DNA from: an uncultured SAR86 cluster bacterium
GTDB lineage: Bacteria; Pseudomonadota; Gammaproteobacteria; Magnimaribacterales; D2472
NCBI GenBank assembly: GCA_902622845.1
Contig: CACNRI010000001.1
Location: forward strand, 364,678-428,677
Length of the DNA stretch: 64,000 bases
Direction: 5' to 3'
A program made the translations under genes and the position numbers. The notes beneath the pieces were generated by a model. That model was given only the letters and a program-made list of their open reading frames with translations, ran no database searches and was not told the DNA's origin. How positions within the stretch are numbered: position 1 is the stretch's first letter; the number at the start of each line of letters is the position of its first letter. Positions 9,931 through 21,521 of the stretch are shown in pieces.

Positions 9931-10536
9931 CTTTCTGAGAGCAACTAAGCTGTGAACTCTATCTATTAGCTCAAAGTTTTCAACTAATGCTTTTTCATAA
10001 ATTTCTTTAGGAGCTTGGCCTCCCTCTAATTCTGAGTCATAAATATCATGAATAGCTAAGATACCGCCAATTCTTATTTTATCTCTCCATGAAAAATAAT
10101 CATTTCTTGCTGACTCAAAGGTGTGACTTCCATCAATAAAAACAAGGTCTAGGTCATCTTCAATTTTTTTTGATGCTTCCACAGAATTATCAATAACTGG
10201 AATAACAGTATCAATGAGACCAAATTTTTTAATATTACTTATAAAAAGAGGATAAGTATCAACTCTTTTCTTTTCATAATCGTAGATCTCTTGATCAAAG
10301 TACTCTTCACCAAATTGTTGCTCTTCCGACCCTCTATGATGATCAATAGAAAATAACTTTGTATCATTTTCTTTGCAAGCTAAACCAATGTAGCAGGCAG
10401 ATTTGCCGCAATATGCGCCAATCTCGACAGCAAATCTCTCTCTACATTCTCTTGAGGAAAGCTCATAAAGGAATTTTCCCTCATCTGGGTGAAGAAAACC
10501 TTTTATGTTCTTAAACCGATCTAACTTAGAACTCAT
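9922..10536 (-). CDS. class I SAM-dependent methyltransferase (Methyltransf_24-like)
   Basis: 204-aa ORF with the pattern GFLHPDEGKFLYEL...AVEIGAYCGKS...DLVFIDGSHTFE...GGILAIHD, typical of this O-methyltransferase-like family. It overlaps upstream lpxL by 11 nt. Confidence 0.65.
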   Translation of the reverse strand: MSSKLDRFKNIKGFLHPDEGKFLYELSSRECRERFAVEIGAYCGKSACYIGLACKENDTKLFSIDHHRGSEEQQFGEEYFDQEIYDYEKKRVDTYPLFISNIKKFGLIDTVIPVIDNSVEASKKIEDDLDLVFIDGSHTFESARNDYFSWRDKIRIGGILAIHDIYDSELEGGQAPKEIYEKALVENFELIDRVHSLVALRKLG

Positions 10537-11383
10537 AAAAACTTTCCTTTCCCAAAGTTGATTTGAATCTTCTGTGTTGCCATAAATATTCTGATGGCTT
10601 CTCTCTAATTCTAGCCTCGATATGTGATGAGATATCTTGAATCATCAATTTTGAATCTGAGATGCTTATCTCTTCAATAGAAAGAATTAATTTGTCCGAG
10701 TCATAATATGAATTTAAAAACAAAACATTACATTGAGTTGCATCTACAATTTTGACAGGAGCATTTGTAGTAGCTGTTTTAATGCCAAAAAAATCTACAT
10801 TCGAACTATTCTTTAAGCCATAATCTTGATCAATGGCATAAAGAACAGTTTTATTTTTCTTGAGCCATTTAATGAATGTAATTGGTGAATTCTTATCAGC
10901 GAGAGCATTAAGCCCTTTCAATCTTCCCATGCTTTGTACTTTCTGCATGAAGGGTGAGTTATGTACTCTTTCTACCCCATAAAGCTCACAATGCATTCCG
11001 AGTATTCTTGAGTCCAGCTCCAAATGATGAGAGTGTTTAAAAATGAGAAGGTTGCCCTTGGTTGCAATAAGCTTATTTAAACCAAATATTTCATATTTAA
11101 TTAAAGAATTTATCTTTGAATCATTCCAAAACCACGCTTTACCAGTATCAAATATTCCACGAATCATCGACTTGAGATTTTTATTAAAAAGATTTACTTT
11201 TTCTTGCTTATTCAAGTTAGGAAAAGCAGCATCAATATTTTTTCTACTAAAAATATTTCTTTTGTGATTGGGATTTTTTAGAAAGGAAAATAAAATATTT
11301 GCTAAAACATTTTGAAAGTTTATTGGAAAAGCAACAATTAGCTTCCAAAAAAATATGCCTATCTTTTGATTGATAAATTTCAT
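10526..11383 (-). CDS. lpxL: lipid A biosynthesis (Kdo)2-lipid IVA acyltransferase, LpxL/LpxM family
   Basis: 285-aa ORF with an N-terminal hydrophobic anchor and an HX4D acyltransferase motif (HHLELD). It is divergent from waaA, a common LPS-core arrangement. Confidence 0.75.
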   Translation of the reverse strand: MKFINQKIGIFFWKLIVAFPINFQNVLANILFSFLKNPNHKRNIFSRKNIDAAFPNLNKQEKVNLFNKNLKSMIRGIFDTGKAWFWNDSKINSLIKYEIFGLNKLIATKGNLLIFKHSHHLELDSRILGMHCELYGVERVHNSPFMQKVQSMGRLKGLNALADKNSPITFIKWLKKNKTVLYAIDQDYGLKNSSNVDFFGIKTATTNAPVKIVDATQCNVLFLNSYYDSDKLILSIEEISISDSKLMIQDISSHIEARIREKPSEYLWQHRRFKSTLGKESFYEF

Positions 11384-11428
11384 TTAAATCCTGTTGCGTA
11401 GTTATTATACTAACCAGAGTAATAAACT

Positions 11429-12673
11429 ATGCTTATCTTTATCTATAATCTCATTTTTCTGGTTTTAACCCCACTATTTATTATTAGGATCTTTTTAAAA
11501 GCAATTGGAGATCCAGGTTATTTAAGGAATCTAAAGAACAGGTTTGGGGTCTTAACAACTTCTATAGAACCAGGCCTTGAATCAATATGGTTTCATTCAG
11601 TAAGTTTAGGAGAAGTAATTTCTTCGAGTGATTTAGTTAGAAAGCTATCAAAGGATCATAAAGTCATTCTTACTACAACAACTGGAACAGGATTTAAAAA
11701 AGCAACCGAACTTTTTTTTGATAACAAGCGAGTTGATATTGCATATGCGCCATTTGATTTTTATTTTTTTACTTTGCTCTTTCTAAATAAAGTAAAACCT
11801 AAGGCAGCTATCTTTTTTGAGACAGAAATTTGGCCAAACTCTATCCATTTATGCAAGGCACTGGAGATACCATCTATTATTAGCAATGGAAGACTATCTA
11901 AAAAGAGTTTTAAAAAATATATGAAGCTTAATACCTTTTTAAAAAAAGTTTTCTCTAATCTTGATCTTGTCATGGCTCAAGGAGATGAAGATAAGAATTA
12001 CTATCATCAGCTTGGTTGCAAAAATATTCACGTCACAGGCTCAGTCAAATTTGATCAAGGATGTGATTTTAGTAAATCAGAATCACTAAGTTTTAAAAAG
12101 TTTTTAGAGCACCCATATTTTCTCGCTGCATCCACCCATGAGGGAGAGGATAAAATTATTTTGGAATCTTTTAACCTGATAAAAAGAGATTTTCCATCAG
12201 TTAAGTTAGTTGTTGTGCCTCGTCATCCAGAGCGAGCAAATAAAATTAAAGCCCTTTTTCTTAATATGGGATCAAATTCAATTTATGAAAATGAAGAGGA
12301 GACTTCATCAGATATTTTAATAGTTAAATCACTTGGAATTCTTCCCACACTTTATGCAGATGCTCAGCTAGCTTTTGTCGGAGGAAGCTTAGTAAATAGA
12401 GGAGGCCATAATATTATTGAGCCTGCAATAGCTCAGTGCCCATTTATATTGGGAGAACACTATTTTAATTTTAAAAATATTGTTGAATCTTTCATAAATG
12501 CTAATGCAACACACATTGTGAGAACTCCATTGGATATATTTGAACTTTTTTGCAAAACCTATAAGAATCAAGAAGACTTTAGAGAAGGTATGATTCGTAA
12601 TGCAAACACAGTTGTTGAAAAGAATATCGGAGCAACCATGCGCCAACTTTCACTGATTAGAGCTAGTTTGTAA
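11429..12673 (+). CDS. waaA: 3-deoxy-D-manno-octulosonic acid (Kdo) transferase
   Basis: 414-aa ORF with an N-terminal anchor and the Kdo-transferase pattern (WFHSVSLGE, FETEIWPN, PRHPER, GGSL...GGHN). Confidence 0.9.
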   Translation: MLIFIYNLIFLVLTPLFIIRIFLKAIGDPGYLRNLKNRFGVLTTSIEPGLESIWFHSVSLGEVISSSDLVRKLSKDHKVILTTTTGTGFKKATELFFDNKRVDIAYAPFDFYFFTLLFLNKVKPKAAIFFETEIWPNSIHLCKALEIPSIISNGRLSKKSFKKYMKLNTFLKKVFSNLDLVMAQGDEDKNYYHQLGCKNIHVTGSVKFDQGCDFSKSESLSFKKFLEHPYFLAASTHEGEDKIILESFNLIKRDFPSVKLVVVPRHPERANKIKALFLNMGSNSIYENEEETSSDILIVKSLGILPTLYADAQLAFVGGSLVNRGGHNIIEPAIAQCPFILGEHYFNFKNIVESFINANATHIVRTPLDIFELFCKTYKNQEDFREGMIRNANTVVEKNIGATMRQLSLIRASL

Positions 12674-12674
12674 A

Positions 12675-13613
12675 TTGCATAATAGCAAGATTAAAAAGAA
12701 AATAATTACCCTGATTGGACCAACTGCATGTAATAAAACTTCTACTGCAGTTCATTTAATAAAAAAATTTCCAATTTCGATCATAGGCGTAGACTCAGTT
12801 CAAATTTATAAAAGATTTAATATTGGATCTGCTAAGCCCCCTAAAGAAATCCTCGAAAAATACAAGCATCACTTAGTTGATAGCGCTGATCCAGAAAATA
12901 TTTTTTCAGTAAAAGATTTTTATGATCAGGCCTACAGAATTGTCATACAAGCGCACTCAAATAATAGGATTCCTTTGCTAGTTGGTGGAACAATGATGTA
13001 CTTCAATACACTTTTTAAGGGAATAAATAATATACCTGAAGGAAATGAAGCTATCAGGGAGGAGCTTCAACAAGAGCTTGATAACAAAGGAGTGGATAAA
13101 CTATTTAATGATTTAAAAGAAATAGATCCAGAGTCAGCTAAAACTATAAAAGAAAATGATAAACAAAGAATAATGAGGGCTTTAGAGGTCTTCAAAATAT
13201 CAGGTAAGAGAATTTCTGATTTCAAGAAGGAAGCCGCAGAAAATATCTTTGAAGAATTTGAGTTTATAAATATAGGTATTTTTCCAAGTGATAGGGATAT
13301 TCTTCAGGCAAGGATTCGAGAAAGAGTAGTAGAAATGATCAATATGGGCCTAATTAAAGAGGCTCATGAAATAATTAAATTAGAAAATATCGCAAAAAAT
13401 CATCCAGCCCTCAATTCAATTAATTACAAAGAGGCAATTCAAGTAATTAATGGAGAATTAGATGCCATTGAGCTTGAAGAAAAGTGCGTCATTGCTACAA
13501 GACAATTGGTAAAAAGACAGCTTACTTGGATGAGGAGTTTTAATTTCTCAAAAACTTTTGACATCAACTCAGTAATTGAAATTGAGAAATACTTAAAAGA
13601 GCAAATTTTTTAA
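12675..13613 (+). CDS. miaA: tRNA dimethylallyltransferase
   Basis: 312-aa ORF with a TTG start and MiaA motifs (IGPTACNKT P-loop variant, VDSVQIYK, VGGTMMYF, RQLTWMR). Confidence 0.9.
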   Translation: MHNSKIKKKIITLIGPTACNKTSTAVHLIKKFPISIIGVDSVQIYKRFNIGSAKPPKEILEKYKHHLVDSADPENIFSVKDFYDQAYRIVIQAHSNNRIPLLVGGTMMYFNTLFKGINNIPEGNEAIREELQQELDNKGVDKLFNDLKEIDPESAKTIKENDKQRIMRALEVFKISGKRISDFKKEAAENIFEEFEFINIGIFPSDRDILQARIRERVVEMINMGLIKEAHEIIKLENIAKNHPALNSINYKEAIQVINGELDAIELEEKCVIATRQLVKRQLTWMRSFNFSKTFDINSVIEIEKYLKEQIF

Positions 13614-13676
13614 AATAATTTATTTAATTATGTTCTTTCATCCATATATTAATTTTAAACATATATAATAAACTTT

Positions 13677-14717
13677 ATGAATTGGGATAATCAGGATAAC
13701 AAAGACCCTTGGGGTAACCGCTCCAATGGTAATGATCAAGACTTTGATGATCTTCTAAAAAGGTTTTCTTCTATTTTAGGCAGCAAGTCTGGAGGAGGAA
13801 AAGGTTCTTCATCGGGTGGCGGTTTCAATTTTTCACCAAGTAGATTTCTTGGTTATGGTTTTTTCATATTAGCAGTTGTTTATCTATCTGCATCCATCTA
13901 TACAGTTCAGCCTGGTGAAAGGGTAGTTATATTAAGGCTCGGTGAGTATCACAAAGAGACAACAGAAGGTCTTAATTTTATGTTATTTGGAATTGATCAA
14001 AGATTTAAAGAAGATGTAGCCCTAACAAGAAGATATTCTCAAACAGCAAATATGCTTACACAAGACGAGAACTTAGTTGATGTTACAGTTTCAGTTCAAT
14101 ACAGAATAAGCAATATCAAAGATTTCGTACTTAATGTTAGAGATCCGGAAGCAAGCCTTAGAAAGGCTACGGAAAGCGCATTGAGATTTGTTGTAGGTGA
14201 CAATTCATTGGAACAAACTCTAACAGTAGGAAGAGAAAAAATAGCTCAAGATGTTGGAGATAGGCTTCAAGAATATTTGGATATCTATCAAGCTGGATTA
14301 ATTGTTCAGCAAGTTAACATTGAAAAAACTGATCCACCTGTTGCTGTAAAAGCCGCTTTTGATGATGTGGTTGCTGCAAGAGAAGACAAAATTAGGCTCC
14401 AAAATGAAGCTGAAAGGTATGCCCTGACTATTGTCCCTGAAGCAAGGGGTCAGGCTGAGGCAACCATTAAAGCCGCTGAAGCATATAAAGAGCAAGTAAT
14501 ACTTAGGGCTGAAGGTGAAGTAGTAAGGTTCAATGAAGTTTACGATGAGTATAAAAAGAATCCTGAAGTAGTTAGAAAGAGAATCCATCTTGATGCTATG
14601 AAAAAAGTATATTCAGATTCAACAAAAATAATGATTGATGTTAATGATGGAAGTAACATAACACTCCTTCCTTTAGGCGACATTCTGCAACAAACACAAG
14701 ATGATGATGAGGATTAA
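13677..14717 (+). CDS. hflK: FtsH protease modulator HflK
   Basis: 346-aa ORF with a Gly/Ser-rich N-terminus, one TM segment, an SPFH/band-7 domain and an acidic tail. It is followed by hflC. Confidence 0.9.
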   Translation: MNWDNQDNKDPWGNRSNGNDQDFDDLLKRFSSILGSKSGGGKGSSSGGGFNFSPSRFLGYGFFILAVVYLSASIYTVQPGERVVILRLGEYHKETTEGLNFMLFGIDQRFKEDVALTRRYSQTANMLTQDENLVDVTVSVQYRISNIKDFVLNVRDPEASLRKATESALRFVVGDNSLEQTLTVGREKIAQDVGDRLQEYLDIYQAGLIVQQVNIEKTDPPVAVKAAFDDVVAAREDKIRLQNEAERYALTIVPEARGQAEATIKAAEAYKEQVILRAEGEVVRFNEVYDEYKKNPEVVRKRIHLDAMKKVYSDSTKIMIDVNDGSNITLLPLGDILQQTQDDDED

Positions 14718-14719
14718 GC

Positions 14720-16814
<2,095 letters not shown>

Positions 16815-16825
16815 ATTTATCTCAG

Positions 16826-17227
16826 CTAAATTTTATCTAAACTCGCATTTATAAATTTATATGATTCAGGATTAGAGAACTTTTTTGTTAATCTTATACA
16901 TTCATCAATGACAACAGGTCTTGGCGCCATTTCATTATTCATTTCTATTATGCCAAGACACAAGATTGCTTTATCAATAAGCTCAATTTCATTTTCTTTA
17001 ATTTCCATTTTTTTTGAAATAGTTTTCTCAATAGCCTCGTTGTCTTTAATGAGTTCATCTAAACAAAGTTTAAATCTTTTGAAGTCTACTTTTTCAGACC
17101 GATGCTCTTTTTTAAACTGTTCTAATATCTCTTTAGAAGAAGTTTTCTCGAATAAATGCTGATAAATTGCTTGAACTAGGACCTCTCTAGTTTTAATAGC
17201 TATTTTATGTTTTGCTAGATTTTTCAT
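16826..17227 (-). CDS. nusB: transcription antitermination factor NusB
   Basis: 133-aa helical protein in the conserved position immediately downstream of ribH, with a NusB-like N-terminus (REVLVQAIYQ). Confidence 0.82.
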   Translation of the reverse strand: MKNLAKHKIAIKTREVLVQAIYQHLFEKTSSKEILEQFKKEHRSEKVDFKRFKLCLDELIKDNEAIEKTISKKMEIKENEIELIDKAILCLGIIEMNNEMAPRPVVIDECIRLTKKFSNPESYKFINASLDKI

Positions 17228-17630
17228 TAATGAGAGCTATTAATGCATCGGCATTATTTGCTGTTGTTGTGATATATCTTTTTTCAAGTTGATCTTTGTT
17301 ATCCACACAAATTACGCCATTTATTATTGAAATATGAGGATAATCAAGAGCTAGCTGCCCCAGTGATCTAAAAGTTTCATTACTTACCAAGTCATAATGA
17401 GATGTTTCACCTCTAATGATAATTCCTATGGCAAGAATTCCTTTTGTTTTAGAAGTAATTTTTGCTTTGGCTAAGGCTGGAATCTCAAGTGATCCAGGCG
17501 CTTTAAAAGATTTAATCATACAATCCTCAGATTCCAATCTTTCCATAGCCGCATCCGTCATCTCATTAATAAAGTCTGTGTACCAGCTGGTATAGATAAT
17601 TAGGATTTCATCATTTTTAGTCATTTTCAA
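17205..17630 (-). CDS. ribH: 6,7-dimethyl-8-ribityllumazine synthase
   Basis: 141-aa ORF with a divergent but recognisable lumazine synthase core (KAPGSLEIPALAK, AIGIIIRGETSHYDLVSNE). It sits between ribBA and nusB. Confidence 0.82.
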   Translation of the reverse strand: MKMTKNDEILIIYTSWYTDFINEMTDAAMERLESEDCMIKSFKAPGSLEIPALAKAKITSKTKGILAIGIIIRGETSHYDLVSNETFRSLGQLALDYPHISIINGVICVDNKDQLEKRYITTTANNADALIALINEKSSKT

Positions 17631-18687
17631 AACCTACTATTTCAATGTTAAATCCAGAAATATTATTATATTGAGTTGGGGTACCAAGAACTTTTATTTT
17701 TGTTAACCCTAGATCTCTTAAAATCTGAGATCCAGCTCCAATAACTCTTCTGCTTTTTTTTGTTAACTCTTTACCTTCAAGTAAGGAGAGCCAATAACTA
17801 CTGGCATCTCTATGATTTATTAAAACAAACACACCTGCTTCTGATTTTGATATCTTTTCCAGGGAATTCCTAACTGACCACTTCTTTCCAAGATCATTAA
17901 TTGCTAACGTATCTTGTAAAACGCTTTGTGTTTGAACCCTAACTAATGGGGCATCTACATTTTGGATATCACCTTTCGATAAAGAAAAATGGAAGTTTTT
18001 CTCTAGCATATCTTCCCAAATCCTTAACTCAAATTCTCCAAAGTCTGTTTCAACAGATTTTTTTTCAACCTCTTTTACAGTTGCTTCAGTTGTCAGCCTA
18101 AAATCAATTAAATCAGCAATAGTGCCAATCTTTAAATTATGTTTCTTAGCGAACTCAATAAGATCATCTCTTCTTGCCATTGAGCCGTCATCATTCATGA
18201 TTTCGCAAATGACACCTGATGGAGAATATCCTGCAAGTTCTGCAAGATCGCAAGAAGCCTCGGTATGACCGGCTCTTGCTAGAACACCGCCGTCCATTGC
18301 TTGCAGTGGAAAAACATGGCCAGGTTGAGCAATGTCTTTTTTAGTTGCATCTGGATTAACAGCTGCAAGAATAGTTGTAGCTCTATCTTGTGCAGAAATT
18401 CCTGTAGTTATACCTTCTTTTGCCTCTATGGATACAGTAAAAGCGGTTTTATTACTGGATTCATTAGAATCAGTCATTTGTTTTAAGCCCAGAACAGAGC
18501 ACTTTTCTTTGGTAAGCGTTAGACAAATTAAGCCTCTTCCATGCTTTGCCATAAAGTTAACAATATCTGAATCAACTTTATCTGCTGCACAAACTAGGTC
18601 GCCCTCATTCTCCCTATCTTCATCATCGACGATAATAACCATTTTCCCTTCTTTAAGGTCATCAATGATTTCTTTTGTTGTATTCAT
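17617..18687 (-). CDS. ribB: 3,4-dihydroxy-2-butanone-4-phosphate synthase with a degenerate GTP cyclohydrolase II-like C-terminal domain
   Basis: 356-aa ORF. The N-terminal half carries the DHBP synthase motifs (DDEDRENEGDL, GRGLICL, RAGHTEAS). The C-terminal half aligns to RibA but lacks all three zinc cysteines (see findings). Confidence 0.85.
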   Translation of the reverse strand: MNTTKEIIDDLKEGKMVIIVDDEDRENEGDLVCAADKVDSDIVNFMAKHGRGLICLTLTKEKCSVLGLKQMTDSNESSNKTAFTVSIEAKEGITTGISAQDRATTILAAVNPDATKKDIAQPGHVFPLQAMDGGVLARAGHTEASCDLAELAGYSPSGVICEIMNDDGSMARRDDLIEFAKKHNLKIGTIADLIDFRLTTEATVKEVEKKSVETDFGEFELRIWEDMLEKNFHFSLSKGDIQNVDAPLVRVQTQSVLQDTLAINDLGKKWSVRNSLEKISKSEAGVFVLINHRDASSYWLSLLEGKELTKKSRRVIGAGSQILRDLGLTKIKVLGTPTQYNNISGFNIEIVGFEND

Positions 18688-19688
18688 GGTGTTTTTAAAT
18701 AAGTTTCTTTACTATCATCATTAATTTTAAAAGAGGATTTTAAATCAAAACCTAAGCTTTCTATAGTTTTATTTTCAAACCAAGAAACCCCTTCATCTCC
18801 CAATGTAATATTAGACTTATATATAATTATTTCATCAACTAAATCGTTATCCAGAAAAGCATTTACCAAATTTGGACCCGCTTCAACTAAAATTGAATTT
18901 ATTTCTGTATTTGATAGGTCTGTAATTACTTTATTTAAATCAGATGATCGGTTAATTATTACATCTCCACTTTTAAAGAAATTTGATTCTTTATTAATTT
19001 CTTGAGAAGTTAAAAGTACTTTTTGAGGCTGATTAACTTCGAAATCAACTCTAGCATTCATCCTAGGATTATCATTTCTGAGTGTATTGCCGCCAGTGAG
19101 AATTGCATCAAATCCTGCTCTTACAATTTGCACATCATATCTGGATTGTTCAGAGGTAATCCAAGTAAATGTATTATCTTTTCTGTGAGACATTCCATCT
19201 GCTGAGGAAGCAATTTTTACAGCTATGTAGGGCCTGTTATAAGTATTTTTGAAAAAGAAATGTTTATTAAGTTCAATCAATTCTTCTTCAAAAAAACCAG
19301 ATAAGACTTCAATACCATTATCCTCCAATTGCTTAATACCAGATCCAGAAACTTTTGGGTTTGGGTCTTTGATCCCGATTACAACCTTTTTAATACCAGA
19401 CTTTATTATTGCATCTGTACAAGGTCCAGTTTTACCATGATGGCAGCAGGGTTCTAGCGTGCAGTATAAAGTGAGCTGTCTAAATTCTGCTTCGGAAATA
19501 TTATTATTTTTATAGAGATCTTCAAGCGCATTTATTTCTGCATGATTAGAGCCATATTTCATATGGTATCCCTCTGCAATTACTTCGCTGTCTTTGACTA
19601 TAACGCATCCAACCATAGGGTTAGGTTTAGTTAAATATTTTCCTTTACGGGCTAGATCAATAGCCCTTTTTAAAAAAATTTCATGCAT
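18684..19688 (-). CDS. ribD: bifunctional diaminohydroxyphosphoribosylaminopyrimidine deaminase / 5-amino-6-(5-phosphoribosylamino)uracil reductase
   Basis: 334-aa ORF with deaminase zinc motifs HAEINAL and TLEPCCHHGKTGPC, followed by the reductase domain. It overlaps nrdR by 1 nt and ribB by 4 nt. Confidence 0.92.
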   Translation of the reverse strand: MHEIFLKRAIDLARKGKYLTKPNPMVGCVIVKDSEVIAEGYHMKYGSNHAEINALEDLYKNNNISEAEFRQLTLYCTLEPCCHHGKTGPCTDAIIKSGIKKVVIGIKDPNPKVSGSGIKQLEDNGIEVLSGFFEEELIELNKHFFFKNTYNRPYIAVKIASSADGMSHRKDNTFTWITSEQSRYDVQIVRAGFDAILTGGNTLRNDNPRMNARVDFEVNQPQKVLLTSQEINKESNFFKSGDVIINRSSDLNKVITDLSNTEINSILVEAGPNLVNAFLDNDLVDEIIIYKSNITLGDEGVSWFENKTIESLGFDLKSSFKINDDSKETYLKTP

Positions 19689-20164
19689 TATTTCTTTTTA
19701 GACTTTTTCTTGTCTTCTTTGCTTAGCGACTTTATTTCATCTGAAAAATCACTGATATCCTGGAAATCTCTATAGACAGACGCAAATCTGACATATGCAA
19801 CTTGATCAACATCTTTAAGAGCATTCATCATAATCTCTCCTATTTTTTCAGAGTGAATCTCTCTTTCTCCAAGCACTCTTATATCACTTAAGATCTTTGA
19901 AAAGAGGGCATCTGTTTTCTCAGCCGAAAGAGGTCTTTTTTCAAGGGCTCTAAGCATCCCTTTTTTTAACTTCGAACCATTAAACTCTTGTCGCTTCCCA
20001 TCATTCTTAATAATCTTTGGAAGAGCTAGATCAGCAACCTCAAATGTTGTAAATCTTGCGTTGCAAACATCGCATTTTCTTCTTCTTCTGATTTGAGAGC
20101 CATCTGCAAATATTCTTGAATCAACAACTTTTGTATCTTCTGCTTGGCAAAAAGGACAATACAT
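19688..20164 (-). CDS. nrdR: transcriptional repressor NrdR
   Basis: 158-aa ORF with a zinc ribbon (MYCPFCQ...CDVC) plus an ATP-cone. It lies in the conserved glyA-nrdR-ribD order. Confidence 0.95.
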   Translation of the reverse strand: MYCPFCQAEDTKVVDSRIFADGSQIRRRRKCDVCNARFTTFEVADLALPKIIKNDGKRQEFNGSKLKKGMLRALEKRPLSAEKTDALFSKILSDIRVLGEREIHSEKIGEIMMNALKDVDQVAYVRFASVYRDFQDISDFSDEIKSLSKEDKKKSKKK

Positions 20165-21459
20165 TACTTATATACTGGGAATTCTTTGCATAAAGACAAA
20201 GCTTTATTTTTAATTCCCTCAATTTTTTTCTCATTATCTAAATCAAGGACTATGTCGCAGATCCAATTTGAAATTTGAATAATTTCATCCTCTTTAAAGC
20301 CTCTTGTTGTAACTGCAGGAGTTCCAAGTCTTATTCCTGATGTTACAAAGGGAGACTGTGGATCGTTAGGAACAGCGTTCTTATTTACTGTGATATTAGC
20401 TAAACCAAGTTTATTTTCAGAGTCCTTTCCTGTTATCCCTTTATTTCTAAGGTCGACAAGAATCATATGATTTTCGGTGCCGCCTTTTATTATGTCGACC
20501 CCTCTTCCAATAATAGTCTTCGCCATGGTTTTAGCATTACTAATAACTTGAGACATATAAGTTTTAAATTCAGGCTCAAGAGCTTCTTTAAAACAAACTG
20601 CTTTAGCAGCAACAACATGCATCAAAGGGCCTCCTTGTGATCCTGGAAAAACTGCGGAGTTTAATTTTTTTTGTATATCTTCATTCTCTCTTGCAAGAAT
20701 AATCCCAGACCTTGGACCTCTTAGTGTTTTGTGAGTCGTAGATGTTACAACATCTGCATATGGAACAGGTGAGGGATACATACCTGCCGCTACAAGTCCT
20801 GATATGTGGGCCATATCTACTAAGAAATAAGCATTAATTTCATCTGCAATTTCTCTAAATATGCTCCAGTCTACTAAACCAGAGAAAGCTGAAAACCCAG
20901 CAATTATGAGTTTTGGGTTATGTTTTTTTGCTAAATCACGAACTTGGTCATAATCAATATCATGTGTTTCAGGATTTAAACCGTATTGAAAAGATTTATA
21001 GTTTCTTCCTGAAAAATTTACTTTCGATCCATGTGTAAGGTGTCCTCCATGATCAAGACTCATTCCGAGTATTGCGTCATTTGGCTCAAGTAATGCTAAA
21101 TATGCAGCAGCATTTGCAGAGGAACCAGAATGAGGCTGAACATTGGCATAATCAGCATTAAAAAGCTCCTTAGCTCTATCTATTGCCAACTTCTCAGCAA
21201 TATCAACAAACTCACAGCCGCCATAATATCTTTTGTCAGGGTATCCCTCAGCATATTTATTTGTTAATACAGAGCCTTGAGCTTGAAGCACTCTTTGACT
21301 TGCATAATTTTCTGAAGCTATAAGTTCAATATGTTCTTCTTGTCTAACCATTTCCTTTTCAAAGGATTCCCAAAGCTCAGCATCATAAAGTTCTATATCT
21401 TTTTTATTTGAAAAGATTGCATCAGTTTTGAGATTAGATTTATTATCAAGCATAGACAT
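20164..21459 (-). CDS. glyA: serine hydroxymethyltransferase
   Basis: 431-aa ORF with the SHMT signature around the PLP lysine ([16 protein letters not shown]). Confidence 0.95.
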   Translation of the reverse strand: MSMLDNKSNLKTDAIFSNKKDIELYDAELWESFEKEMVRQEEHIELIASENYASQRVLQAQGSVLTNKYAEGYPDKRYYGGCEFVDIAEKLAIDRAKELFNADYANVQPHSGSSANAAAYLALLEPNDAILGMSLDHGGHLTHGSKVNFSGRNYKSFQYGLNPETHDIDYDQVRDLAKKHNPKLIIAGFSAFSGLVDWSIFREIADEINAYFLVDMAHISGLVAAGMYPSPVPYADVVTSTTHKTLRGPRSGIILARENEDIQKKLNSAVFPGSQGGPLMHVVAAKAVCFKEALEPEFKTYMSQVISNAKTMAKTIIGRGVDIIKGGTENHMILVDLRNKGITGKDSENKLGLANITVNKNAVPNDPQSPFVTSGIRLGTPAVTTRGFKEDEIIQISNWICDIVLDLDNEKKIEGIKNKALSLCKEFPVYK

Positions 21460-21521
21460 TTTTAAAGTTTCTCCAAGATCGAGGATTACAATTTGTAAAT
21501 ATTAAGTATATTTTAAATGAA

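Noticed and set aside
18332-18724. 130-aa ORF on the plus strand inside ribB (and a similar 61-aa ORF at 18301-18486)
   Set aside because: It is antisense to a gene with unmistakable DHBP synthase motifs. Its translation is low-complexity and Ser/Cys/Phe-rich, with no motifs. It is a typical shadow ORF.
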